27,725 nucleotides of DNA from Candidatus Sericytochromatia bacterium (GTDB lineage Bacteria; Cyanobacteriota; Sericytochromatia; S15B-MN24; UBA4093). The notes beneath the pieces were generated by a model. The model worked only from the letters and a program-made list of their open reading frames with translations. It was not told the origin of the DNA and searched no databases. A program made the position numbers and the translations under genes. The stretch covers positions 1 through 27,725 of the forward strand of contig JAKFCT010000085.1 in the NCBI GenBank assembly GCA_036676495.1. Direction: 5' to 3'. Below are positions 7,833 through 16,079 of this stretch, piece after piece. Positions within the stretch are counted from its first letter, which is position 1. Each line of letters starts with the position of its first letter.

Positions 7833-8210
7833 CTACAAGATCTGCCGGGCGATCGAAACGAGTCCGCCCGCCAGCGATACGGCGCCGGCGAGCGACTGCC
7901 ATGGCCTTGATCCCTCCGAAGCGTCGAGAGCCGCGAGTCGTTCCGTCACGCGGCCCTCCGCCATCCGCACGAGGGACTCGAGCCTTTCCATGCGGCCGAG
8001 ATCGGCCTCTCGCGCCCGAACCCCAAGATGCAGGATCCGCTCAAGCGACCCCGTTCCCAGGAGGAGCCTTGCCTCCAGGGATGCGACCTCAAGCCCGAGC
8101 TGGGCCGCAGTCTCGGGTTCGCTTTCCCCGAGCTCCGCAAGGGCCCTCCCGGAGCGCCCGAGCAGGTTGGCCTGCTCGGCCAGGAATCTTCCGGCAAGCA
8201 TTTCATCCAC
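7833..8210 (-). CDS. Helical protein with C-terminal TM anchor
   Basis: Leu/Glu/Arg helices ending in PWQSLAGAVSLAGGLVSIARQIL. Confidence 0.7.
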   Translation of the reverse strand: MDEMLAGRFLAEQANLLGRSGRALAELGESEPETAAQLGLEVASLEARLLLGTGSLERILHLGVRAREADLGRMERLESLVRMAEGRVTERLAALDASEGSRPWQSLAGAVSLAGGLVSIARQIL

Positions 8211-8217
8211 GATCGGA

Positions 8218-8595
8218 TCACCACTCGGTCTGCTGGACGTCCGTCACGCGCGTGCCGGGCGGAAACGTGAGTTCGACGTTGTCGATCATCTCCTCGCCGT
8301 CCTCGGTCACGCCCTTGACGTCGATCCTGCACTTCCGATGGACCGCCCCGAGCGCCGGCTGCGGTCTCGCGGGGGGAGCCAAAGGAGCCGCAGGCGCGGG
8401 CATGGGCACCGGAGGCGCCACCGGTCTCGGCAACTGGCCCCGGACGAGTTTTCCGAGTTTCGATGGACCCGCGCCGCCGCCGTCGCCGAGCTGGATGGCC
8501 ATTCCCAGTTGCTGGCTCCGAGGATCCATCTGGACCGGGATCGTCTTCGATCCCTTCGGCGAGAACTTCGGCGCGGCAAAGACGTCCTTTTCCAT
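8218..8595 (-). CDS. Putative structural protein (multiple LG motifs, Pro-rich linker, small beta domain)
   Basis: QQLGMAIQLGDG..SKLGK..PALGAV, then CRIDVKGVTEDGEEMIDNVELTFPPGTRV. AGGAG RBS. Confidence 0.75.
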   Translation of the reverse strand: MEKDVFAAPKFSPKGSKTIPVQMDPRSQQLGMAIQLGDGGGAGPSKLGKLVRGQLPRPVAPPVPMPAPAAPLAPPARPQPALGAVHRKCRIDVKGVTEDGEEMIDNVELTFPPGTRVTDVQQTEW

Positions 8596-8610
8596 GACCT
8601 GTCTCCTATC

Positions 8611-10389
8611 CTATGAGACGATTATACCAGCCGCCACGAGGGTCGCAAGAAGTGCCGCGCCGGCGGGCGCGCCGATTCCAGAAAGCCTTGATGCGACCGG
8701 CGGTACCTCAGGGATCGCCCAATCGCGCGTCCTGTCTTCGTCGATGGGCGTTCCGTCCGGGCCCAGAGCGCGTCCGGTCTCGGGATCGCGAATCGCCCCC
8801 GTTGGCTCGCCGGTCCTCGGATCCAGGATCGCCTGGGTCTCAGGATCGAAGACGAATCCGGTCCTCGGATCGACTTCAAGGCTCGTCGGCCGTCCGTTCC
8901 GGAGCACCGCCCCGGTCGTCGGATCGATGGAAAGGACATTCCCGGTCACGGCGGCGCTCCTGGCGAGTTCCTCCTCGGCCGCGCGATAAAGCGCATCGAG
9001 GAGGAGTTGGTCCGTGCACCACAGGAGGAACGCCACGACGTCGTTCGGAAGATCCCTCATTCCGAGGGCGATTTCCTTGAATTCCTCCGCGGAGCGGGCC
9101 CCGACCGCGTTGATCGACCCCACCAGGAGCCGTATGGCGAAGACGAGCGCGGCGCTTCCAGCGGACTGGAGCGTCGCGAAATCGGCCGCTCCGGAGGAGA
9201 GGACGCCCGATCCCGCGTCGCCGGCGATCGCGTTGACGGCCGTCGGAATGGCCTGCTGGGCCACGCCTGCGACCCTCGGATCCGCATCGCGGGCGAGACG
9301 GGCCACGATCGCGGACAAGCCGGCCGAAATGGCAAGATCGATGCCCGGCTGGCCGCCGCTGAGGACCCCGTCGGCCAGTGCGTTCCCCCCCGCTTGGATC
9401 TCGGCAGAGCGGACTCCAAGATTCCGGTAGGCGTACGTGGCGAGATCGACGATCGAGTTCCCGATGCCCGTCGCTCCGGCGATCGGGCCAAGCATGAAGG
9501 AGACCGCCAGTCCCATGGTCGACATGGCCCTCGCCATCCTCGTGACCTCGCGGAGGCGTTTTCCGAGCTTATGATCGATGCAGTCGATGATCGTCGCGAT
9601 ATTGACGAGATAGCGCGCGGCCAGTTCCGTGCGGATCGCGCGGTCCGTCCGTGGGAAAAAATCGCTCATGTCCGGCACATAGATCCTGAAGTTCGCAAGG
9701 GAGAGCGGAGCGCCATCCTTTCCGCGCCAGACCGGGGTCCCGAACGCGCAACGCCGGAACCAGTCGGTATCCTCGATGTCCGGAAATGGGATCTCATCGA
9801 AGACAGCCAGGGCCTGCTCATAATTTGTGATGAGGGCAGGCCAGTCCCGAGGCAGGATAACGGGATCGGCAAGAGCCCAGGAGAGTTCTCCCGCCCAATG
9901 CCGCAAAAGCCGTGGATCGCGGGGCCGAAAGTTCTCGACGGCCGCATGAGCCTGGTCCGCGGCGAAACTCGAAGGGCCTCCCCATGCAGCCTCGGTTTGC
10001 GCCAGGACGTCCGAGAAATAGGCCCTTCTCTCGGCGACCTCGCAGACGACCGAAGCGATGCCTGGCGGGCAAACGATGAGGGTGACGGTTCGGGGTCCGC
10101 CCGGCATGACGTCTTTGGACTGGCTGCCCGGAATCTCGGCCGAGATCCGGATGATCGAGGCGGGAGGAAGGGGACCGATATCGGTCACCCAGCGTCCGTC
10201 GGTTCCCGCTTGGCCGGCCGATGCCGCGACGGGCGCCAGCCAGCCGCGGATCGGGTCGAACGGAACCACGTCCGCCCTGACCCCGACTCCGCCAAAAGGG
10301 GCCAGATCGTCCGCCCTGAGAACAAGGACCTCCACGCGCGTGGGAGGGAAGGCCGTGCCTGCAGCCTGTCCAAGGGCGGAGAATCTCAT
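8611..10389 (-). CDS. Large putative virion protein (LGQ leader, hydrophobic middle region, DPxTG repeats, C-terminal TM)
   Basis: MRFSALGQAA..., Gly/Ala-rich hydrophobic helices, five DPxT(G/Q) repeats and C-terminal AALLATLVAAGIIVS. Start position uncertain. Confidence 0.75.
   Translation of the reverse strand: MRFSALGQAAGTAFPPTRVEVLVLRADDLAPFGGVGVRADVVPFDPIRGWLAPVAASAGQAGTDGRWVTDIGPLPPASIIRISAEIPGSQSKDVMPGGPRTVTLIVCPPGIASVVCEVAERRAYFSDVLAQTEAAWGGPSSFAADQAHAAVENFRPRDPRLLRHWAGELSWALADPVILPRDWPALITNYEQALAVFDEIPFPDIEDTDWFRRCAFGTPVWRGKDGAPLSLANFRIYVPDMSDFFPRTDRAIRTELAARYLVNIATIIDCIDHKLGKRLREVTRMARAMSTMGLAVSFMLGPIAGATGIGNSIVDLATYAYRNLGVRSAEIQAGGNALADGVLSGGQPGIDLAISAGLSAIVARLARDADPRVAGVAQQAIPTAVNAIAGDAGSGVLSSGAADFATLQSAGSAALVFAIRLLVGSINAVGARSAEEFKEIALGMRDLPNDVVAFLLWCTDQLLLDALYRAAEEELARSAAVTGNVLSIDPTTGAVLRNGRPTSLEVDPRTGFVFDPETQAILDPRTGEPTGAIRDPETGRALGPDGTPIDEDRTRDWAIPEVPPVASRLSGIGAPAGAALLATLVAAGIIVS
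8765..8928 (-). repeat. Protein-level DPxTG repeats (IDPTTG, VDPRTG, FDPETQ, LDPRTG, RDPETG)
   Basis: Five degenerate copies are visible in the translation and as ggatc-containing DNA repeats. Confidence 0.8.
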
Positions 10390-10424
10390 GGGCGTACGGG
10401 CAAACGGAAGGATACCCCAGGAGC

Positions 10425-10553
10425 CTATCGGCGACCCTTCTTCTTCTTGCAGCAGAGCCAGCGGGCCTTCTTGCCCCGACCGACCCTCTTGCACTTCCGG
10501 CCCTTCATCCTCTTCTTCGAGAACTTGCAGGGCGGCATCCGCTTCCTCGCCAT
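10425..10553 (-). CDS. Protamine-like Lys/Arg/Cys-rich peptide
   Basis: MARKRMPPCKFSKKRMKGRKCKRVGRGKKARWLCCKKKKGRR with GGAGGT RBS. Confidence 0.75.
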   Translation of the reverse strand: MARKRMPPCKFSKKRMKGRKCKRVGRGKKARWLCCKKKKGRR

Positions 10554-10570
10554 GGAAACCTCCAAAGAAT

Positions 10571-11107
10571 CTACAGGATCTGCGTCAGGAGGATCGCCGC
10601 CACCACGGCCACGCCGGCGCCGACGATCGGGAGGGTGAGGTCGGGTCCCGGAGCTCCCGGGACCGTGATGGTGCCCGGCGGAGGGAGTTGCCCGACTTCC
10701 CGTTCCGAAGCCCTCACCCGGTTCTTGAAATCCTCGTTGATCTTCTCGAGTTCCGTCACCCGGTTCTGCCGGCGCTCGACGGCATACGCGCCGTAGTTCG
10801 GGGGCGTGTAGGCCTCGACATCGGTCTGGATGTCGGAGACCACCGACCGGTACCGGTAGGCCGGGCTCGTCGGGTTGTTCGGGGAGCCCAGCCAGTCGAA
10901 GATCGCGCGCCGGGCCGAGACGCTCGCCAGGATGTTCGTCCTGCGCACGAGGTCGTCGTAGGCGGCGGTGGCGGCCTTCGCTCGCTGGTACCATTCGAGA
11001 TCGGTGGCGCCGAGCGTGTAGTTCCGCATCCTGGCTCCCAGGACGGGACTCGCAGGACGGAAATAGTTGTTGAACCCGGGACCCGCGAGGCGTGCTCCAT
11101 GGAACAT
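10571..11107 (-). CDS. Tail-anchored putative virion protein (YTLGAT leader)
   Basis: AGGAGG RBS, PVLGARMRNYTLGATD, helical body, Pro linker and C-terminal LPIVGAGVAVVAAILL. Confidence 0.8.
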   Translation of the reverse strand: MFHGARLAGPGFNNYFRPASPVLGARMRNYTLGATDLEWYQRAKAATAAYDDLVRRTNILASVSARRAIFDWLGSPNNPTSPAYRYRSVVSDIQTDVEAYTPPNYGAYAVERRQNRVTELEKINEDFKNRVRASEREVGQLPPPGTITVPGAPGPDLTLPIVGAGVAVVAAILLTQIL

Positions 11108-11125
11108 ATTGATCCTCCTGCGATC

Positions 11126-11554
11126 CTATCTCCGGGCGATGAAATATACCGCCGCGCCGACGCCGACGGCGGCCACGGCGCCCACGATGAGCCAGGGGAA
11201 GCCGCCGGCCTGGGGAGGACGGACGGGAGGAGCGGCCCCGCCAGCCGCCTCGTGTCTTCGAACGGATTCCCGGACGTCCTCGTAGAGGTTCTTCAGGCAC
11301 CTTCCTCCCTGGTAGAGTCCGATCACGCCTCCCTCGCCGAGTTTGCGCTGGCACTCCTCGTACCTGGCCCGATACTGCCCCATCAATCCTTCCGGCAGCC
11401 TCCCCAGGAGGTCGATGATTCCTGAAGAGAGGCCTTCGACGTCGATATCCTCGAGGAAGTCCTGGCCGAGATAGGGCGTGAAGGGATTCCCGAGTCTCGG
11501 TCCTGAGAACGGACCGGTCCCCAAACCCGGGCGCGATAGAAGACGCATCATCAT
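11126..11554 (-). CDS. Tail-anchored putative virion protein (LG..LG..LGQ leader)
   Basis: MMMRLLSRPGLGTGPFSGPRLGNPFTPYLGQDF..., two Cys and C-terminal GGFPWLIVGAVAAVGVGAAVYFIARR. ATGA-coupled. Confidence 0.8.
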   Translation of the reverse strand: MMMRLLSRPGLGTGPFSGPRLGNPFTPYLGQDFLEDIDVEGLSSGIIDLLGRLPEGLMGQYRARYEECQRKLGEGGVIGLYQGGRCLKNLYEDVRESVRRHEAAGGAAPPVRPPQAGGFPWLIVGAVAAVGVGAAVYFIARR

Positions 11555-12081
11555 GCGGTTTCCTCCTTGCGGGGCACTGCGTGGCGATGGTTGAAACCGC
11601 CGAGCCCGCGCCGGCCATCGGGAAGGACGGGTACGGGCGGCGCCGAAAGCTCGCTCATGTTCTCGAGGCCCGTGACGATGCGCTCGAGAGTGGCCTCGTC
11701 GAGTCGTTTTTCCAGACGTTCGCCGAGCTTTCTCCAAGTCTCAAGCACCGGCTTCACGTCCTTTTCCCAGTATTCAGGAAGTTTGTCGTCGACCAGTTTC
11801 TCGATCAGCGATTCACTACGCTCGACGCTTTCGACGCTCCGGAATCCAGATTCCCGGGAAGGGACGAGAAAGAGATAGACGAAGGCGTAGATCCAGATGG
11901 CCGCGACGGCGGGGATCGTATAGGCGCCGTTAAAGACCTGGAGCGCGGCGTGCACGGCCTGCGGCAGTCCCGTATAGAGGAGAATCCCGGCAGGACCGAC
12001 GACGAAAGCCGATACCGCCACCAGTCTCCCATGAAGGCGGGTCGTCTTCCGGTACCATTCCCGGATGGGTTGTCCGGTCAT
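11551..12081 (-). CDS. 2-TM membrane protein with C-terminal coiled coil
   Basis: MTGQPIREW...VAVSAFVVGPAGILLY...IPAVAAIWIYAFVYLFLVP, followed by a charged helix. TGATG-coupled. Confidence 0.75.
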   Translation of the reverse strand: MTGQPIREWYRKTTRLHGRLVAVSAFVVGPAGILLYTGLPQAVHAALQVFNGAYTIPAVAAIWIYAFVYLFLVPSRESGFRSVESVERSESLIEKLVDDKLPEYWEKDVKPVLETWRKLGERLEKRLDEATLERIVTGLENMSELSAPPVPVLPDGRRGLGGFNHRHAVPRKEETA

Positions 12082-12593
12082 CAGAACCTCACCATGGTCG
12101 CCGCGAGTCCCCAAGCTTGCTCGCGCTCCTCGAAGTCCCATCCGACCCAGGGACCGATCGTGACGTCGATGAGGGCCACGATCCGCTTGCCCAGGTAGAT
12201 CTCGGCGACCTGGGATCCGGCGCCGGCCTGGAGGATCCACCATCTGGCCCACGGAACCTTGAACCTGAGGATCTCGATCCCCACGGTCGGCGTCATCCTG
12301 GGTTCGGGCTTGATCTCGGCCGCGAGCCCCCCATGGATCGATGGGAACGAAAAGAGCGCCTCGGCCGCTGGATCCTCTGGCCTGTAAACGCCTTTTTCGT
12401 CGACGCTCCCGGGTTTGCCTGCGCCATGCTCGATGCCCCTATCCCAGCCCCATCGGAACTCGAATGGAGCTCCGGGATCGCCGCCGAAATCGAGAGCCCT
12501 GAAAAACGCGCATCCTGAAAGAACAGGGGCGACCAGCATCAGGAAAACTGCACGCCTGATGCCTTGGCCGCGCCAGCCAGCTTTTCGAGCCAT
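12081..12593 (-). CDS. Lipoprotein with beta-strand-rich, outer-membrane-like C-terminus
   Basis: AAGGAG RBS, signal peptide MARKAGWRGQGIRRAVFLMLVAPVLSG|C (lipobox), amphipathic strands and terminal Phe (...ATMVRF). Confidence 0.7.
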   Translation of the reverse strand: MARKAGWRGQGIRRAVFLMLVAPVLSGCAFFRALDFGGDPGAPFEFRWGWDRGIEHGAGKPGSVDEKGVYRPEDPAAEALFSFPSIHGGLAAEIKPEPRMTPTVGIEILRFKVPWARWWILQAGAGSQVAEIYLGKRIVALIDVTIGPWVGWDFEEREQAWGLAATMVRF

Positions 12594-12829
12594 TCGGCCA
12601 GAGTCTCCTTTTTTCGCCGCGCTTTCCACGCCTGTCCTACGACCCAAAGACGCCTCAGAATGAGGCCGATTTCCTCGGCCTCGGCCTCCGTCACCCTCGC
12701 ATCCCGAAGACGGAGAAGCATGCGGTTCCAGCCCACGACCAACGCTTCCCGGAAGACATGGTCGTCCGTCCCCGGGACCACGGGGCCCGGAAAGAACCCG
12801 GTCACGCAATCCTTGAAAAAGAACGTCAA
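12539..12829 (-). CDS. Hypothetical protein (start uncertain)
   Basis: (M)TFFFKDCVTGFFPG...EWLEKLAGAAKASGVQFS fills the gap. TTG start assumed; overlaps the lipoprotein signal sequence. Confidence 0.45.
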   Translation of the reverse strand: MTFFFKDCVTGFFPGPVVPGTDDHVFREALVVGWNRMLLRLRDARVTEAEAEEIGLILRRLWVVGQAWKARRKKETLAEWLEKLAGAAKASGVQFS

Positions 12830-12873
12830 GGTCCCGACGTCTCTCGCCGAGGCCCTGCCGCCGAAAAAGGCCC

Positions 12874-13347
12874 CTATGGCGTCGGCGGCGCCGGAGGCGT
12901 AGGGTTTGCCGATCCCGCCTTGAAATCCTCCAAGAGCTCCCGGGTCTTGACGACGGCGTTTCGCCAGACCGCCTTCACGGCGACTTCGAAGATCATGGTA
13001 AGCCCTGCGAAGATCGGGCTTGCGACGGCGGAGGTCCCGAAATCGGACGGGTTGATCTTGAAGATTCCGGCGACCAGTCCCAGGATCGCGCCAAAGATGC
13101 AGGTCTGGACGAGATACTGTATCCCGAACTCCTGGTGGCTCCCGGCGCGGGTGTCCCGGTTCTTGGCGTAGCCGGCGAACGATGCCAGGATGCCTCCCCA
13201 GATCCCCTGGAGAAGCCCCTGCCACCAGGTGCCTCCCGTCGCCCCGCCCGCAATCGAAGCACCGTCTGCCGCCATGGCCGCCGCCGGCAGGATGAGCATG
13301 AGAGCCATCGCCGCCGGCGCCCAAAACATCCTTGTCGCGAGCTTCAT
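12874..13347 (-). CDS. Multi-TM membrane protein, holin-like
   Basis: Signal-like N-terminus plus three hydrophobic segments, GGAGGAG RBS, ATGA-coupled. Confidence 0.65.
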   Translation of the reverse strand: MKLATRMFWAPAAMALMLILPAAAMAADGASIAGGATGGTWWQGLLQGIWGGILASFAGYAKNRDTRAGSHQEFGIQYLVQTCIFGAILGLVAGIFKINPSDFGTSAVASPIFAGLTMIFEVAVKAVWRNAVVKTRELLEDFKAGSANPTPPAPPTP

Positions 13348-13628
13348 GTCGTCTCCTCCTCCTGCCCGTCATCGGGCATCGTCTTTTCCGCGCCCGGCCC
13401 GTGCGTCCTGGCGGACGCTTTGTCACCGGACGCAAACGGTCCGGGCGGGCCGGGCGTTCGCCGATCCGTTTCTCCGTCTGCAAGCTTTCCGGTTTCGAGA
13501 TGCGCCGCCACGGCCGCCTTCAGACGCTCCTTCTTTTCCGGAGCGGCTTCCTTCGCCTTGACGAGGAGATCGACCCGGTGCTTCCGGATCTTTCCCATGG
13601 TCTCCTGGATCTCTCTCTTGACCGTCAT
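13344..13628 (-). CDS. Hypothetical charged protein
   Basis: 94-aa ORF, ATGA-coupled at both ends. Confidence 0.65.
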   Translation of the reverse strand: MTVKREIQETMGKIRKHRVDLLVKAKEAAPEKKERLKAAVAAHLETGKLADGETDRRTPGPPGPFASGDKASARTHGPGAEKTMPDDGQEEETT

Positions 13629-13843
13629 CTCAGATTCTCGAAAAGGTTCCTGAGATACCTCTCCTGCTCGGTGACGACTTCATGGAGATCCTTCCTGCAT
13701 GCCTTGAGGTCGTTATAGAGCTTCTTGGCCACGAGACCGAGCCCGCTCGTCACGGCCACAACGACGCCCGCGAGGACATAGGCGATCCCCTTCCAGTCGA
13801 CCGGCGCATCGGCCATGCTCGCCGCCAAATTCCAGAGATCCAT
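13625..13843 (-). CDS. Small single-TM plus coiled-coil protein (holin/lysis-accessory-like)
   Basis: WKGIAYVLAGVVVAVTSGLGLVAKK followed by a coiled coil. Confidence 0.65.
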   Translation of the reverse strand: MDLWNLAASMADAPVDWKGIAYVLAGVVVAVTSGLGLVAKKLYNDLKACRKDLHEVVTEQERYLRNLFENLR

Positions 13844-13846
13844 GCC

Positions 13847-14512
13847 TTACGATCCCGCGCTCCCGAGAAGAGCCGCGACCGCGATGAGGACCGCTCCGCC
13901 GACTCCGACGGCGAGCCAGGGGAAGGCCCCCGCCGGCTCCGTCACCGGCACGGCTCCGGCTTCCGCTTCGACGATCGCCCTCTGCAACGTCTCCTTCATG
14001 GTGCGGATCGCGGCGAGATGGAGCTCCTGGTGCTCGGCGGCCGGCGCCGCGACAGCGGAGCCCGGGAAACGGCCGCCCTCGCGATTGGCGATCGCACGGA
14101 GCTCGTCCAAGCCCGAGGCTGTCTCGTCGAGCTCCGTGGCCTGGCCCGAGGAGAGATACGGGCCGGCCGCCGTCTGGACTTCGTCAACGAGCCTTCCGAA
14201 GGCGGTGGCGTCTGAGGAGACCTGTCCGAGGACCTCCTCGCGCGACATCAGAAGCCCGATGATCGGGATCTCCCGGTACTCCTCAGCCCCCATGGCGAGC
14301 TCGAGCTCGTTCACGATGTTCTGATACTCGCTCTGGACGGCCGAGAGGATCGCAGAGATTCTCCGCTCGATCGCGCGCCGGGCCGCCTCGGAAACCGGCG
14401 CCTGCGAAAGGCGCCCCTGGCCAAGAGCGTAAGGGCGCGGTCGGAGTCCGAGGGGGAGAGCCAAGGGACCCGGCGCGAGAGCCGGGCGGCCGAACCCCGT
14501 GAGCACCATCAT
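13847..14512 (-). CDS. Tail-anchored putative virion protein (LGQ leader)
   Basis: ...LPLGLRPRPYALGQGRLSQ..., helical body and C-terminal GAFPWLAVGVGGAVLIAVAALL. Confidence 0.8.
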   Translation of the reverse strand: MMVLTGFGRPALAPGPLALPLGLRPRPYALGQGRLSQAPVSEAARRAIERRISAILSAVQSEYQNIVNELELAMGAEEYREIPIIGLLMSREEVLGQVSSDATAFGRLVDEVQTAAGPYLSSGQATELDETASGLDELRAIANREGGRFPGSAVAAPAAEHQELHLAAIRTMKETLQRAIVEAEAGAVPVTEPAGAFPWLAVGVGGAVLIAVAALLGSAGS

Positions 14513-14522
14513 GTCGATCCCC

Positions 14523-15089
14523 CTAGTCCATCCGCCAAGCCCGGAAAACGATGTGGAACCTCGCGATCGACGCGATGTCGTAGTTGAGCGCGAAGACGCG
14601 GAATCCCCCTTCGGGGCAGAGGCCGAAGTTTTCCGTGTTCACGAACGCGCCGCGGGTCTCCTGGGGATGGGTCGGGAGACACATCTCCGGGAAATCCACG
14701 AATTTGTTGTTCTTGAAGGACACCTCGCCCGAATCTTCCGCGGTGACGTTCGCGGCGGTCACCCGCAGGATCTCGACCCATACGCCGGCATCGAGCGGAG
14801 CGCATATTTCCAGGATCTTCTTCTCGAACGGGTCTTGGGCCGACGGCGCCGGATCGACGTCCGTTTCGAATTCGAAGTAGGTGACCGGACCGGCGGGCCA
14901 GACCGTGCCGATCGGTCTCAGGGCCCCCATCAGGTGAAGGAGTTTGACGACCTCGGCCGCGAAGCCGCCCTCGGCGATGATGCGCCTGACGGAAGGAGGG
15001 AAATCCCCGGTCCTGCAATAGCGCAACCAGTCCGAAAGCGAAAGCCAATCTCGGACTGCCGACGCGTCCGGAATCTCCGCGATCTTCAC
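14523..15089 (-). CDS. Beta-rich protein; candidate second (jelly-roll) capsid protein
   Basis: GGAGG RBS and GTG start. Alternating beta-strand patterns (VTYFEFET, VWVEILRVTA, FRVFALNYD, RFHIVFRAWR). Directly follows the capsid candidate. Confidence 0.5.
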   Translation of the reverse strand: MKIAEIPDASAVRDWLSLSDWLRYCRTGDFPPSVRRIIAEGGFAAEVVKLLHLMGALRPIGTVWPAGPVTYFEFETDVDPAPSAQDPFEKKILEICAPLDAGVWVEILRVTAANVTAEDSGEVSFKNNKFVDFPEMCLPTHPQETRGAFVNTENFGLCPEGGFRVFALNYDIASIARFHIVFRAWRMD

Positions 15090-15121
15090 CTAACGGCCTC
15101 CGATGACAGACAAGCGGACCG

Positions 15122-15154
15122 GCGGAGGGGGACCCGTCCGGGTCCCCCGTCCGC
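15122..15154 (-). terminator. Strong GC hairpin downstream of the capsid candidate (terminator or mRNA-stabilising element)
   Basis: GCGGA-C-GGGGGACCC-GGAC-GGGTCCCCC-TCCGC, without a clear U-tract. Confidence 0.45.
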
Positions 15155-15187
15155 GCGGCCGTTGATATGTCCAGCGAACGGGTTCGG

Positions 15188-15925
15188 CTAGGTGCCGAAG
15201 GGCCCCTGTTCGAGGCCGTACTGCACGCCGTACCCCGGACGGGGTCCCGGGACGCCCGCCGTCCCGGCGACGACCGGCGGGGCGAGCTGGGCCTCCGCGC
15301 AGGCGTTGATCGGGACGATCTGCTGGGTCTGGGGCTCGTAGACCCCGGGGGTCAGCCAGCAGCGCTTCCGGTCCTGGGTCGAATACTCCCACTGCCGCCA
15401 GATCGTCACGAGCGTGAAGGTCTCGGCGAACCCGGTGGGGAAGGCGGCCGTGAGGGTGGCCAGCGTGTCGCGGGTCGTGAAGACCAGCGGGCACTCCTGC
15501 TGGAGCATCGACACGGGGACGCCGGGGATCACGCGGGCCGCGGTGGTCGGCTGGCCCGTCACGGCGCAGACGCCGCAGCCCGTGTACTTCTTGATCGAGT
15601 CGTCGTCGATCAGGGGCTCGTCGTCGTTGTCGAGCGTCAGGCGGACGAGGCCGCGGATGTAGAGGATGTAGTCCGCGATCGGCATGTCGTCCGTCTCGAA
15701 GTGGGGCCCCGCGGCGAGCATCGCGTTGCAGGGTCCGGGGGCGTTGCCCGGCACGGCGTTGTTGATGACGGTCGCGGTCACCGTGGCGTTCGTGGTGGCG
15801 ATGCCGTCGACCGTGTTCACGTAGAGGGCGTCCGCCGAGCAGATGAGCTTGACGGGCACCGCCTGGCAGGCCATGGCATCGACCACGGCCGCGTACATGG
15901 GCGGGTTCCTGTACATCTGGTTCAT
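15188..15925 (-). CDS. Candidate major capsid protein (single jelly-roll-like)
   Basis: 245 aa, Thr/Val/Pro beta-rich, no TM. Near-exclusive G/C third positions suggest high expression. AGGAAGGAG RBS, flanked by structured UTRs. The fold is inferred, not demonstrated. Confidence 0.55.
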   Translation of the reverse strand: MNQMYRNPPMYAAVVDAMACQAVPVKLICSADALYVNTVDGIATTNATVTATVINNAVPGNAPGPCNAMLAAGPHFETDDMPIADYILYIRGLVRLTLDNDDEPLIDDDSIKKYTGCGVCAVTGQPTTAARVIPGVPVSMLQQECPLVFTTRDTLATLTAAFPTGFAETFTLVTIWRQWEYSTQDRKRCWLTPGVYEPQTQQIVPINACAEAQLAPPVVAGTAGVPGPRPGYGVQYGLEQGPFGT

Positions 15926-15953
15926 CTCCTTCCTGACCGTTTTCCCTTTTCCC

Positions 15954-16075
15954 GGCCTGTTTCCAGGCCACACGCGCTTTGGCCGCCGCCGCCGGGCGGG
16001 GAGGCCGTGGACCCTGGAGCGGCCTTTCGGCCTCTCCTCCCGGTGGGGTCCGCGGCTCCCCGGCCCGGCGGCCGC
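15954..16075 (-). ncRNA. Structured intergenic RNA / 5' UTR upstream of the capsid candidate
   Basis: Long stem GCCGCCGGGC-CGGGGAG-CCGCGGACCC ... GGGTCCACGG-CCTCCCCG-CCCGGCGGC capped by GGCC-GAAA-GGCC, then a second hairpin GGCCTG-GAAA-CAGGCC (two GNRA tetraloops). Confidence 0.55.
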
Positions 16076-16079
16076 GCGG

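Noticed and set aside
15122-15154. GGAC-loop hairpin as a distal SECIS
   Set aside because: The loop resembles the 6599-6617 hairpin, but it follows a TAG-terminated gene with no UGA. Bacterial SECIS elements act directly 3' of the UGA, so a terminator or stabiliser is more parsimonious.
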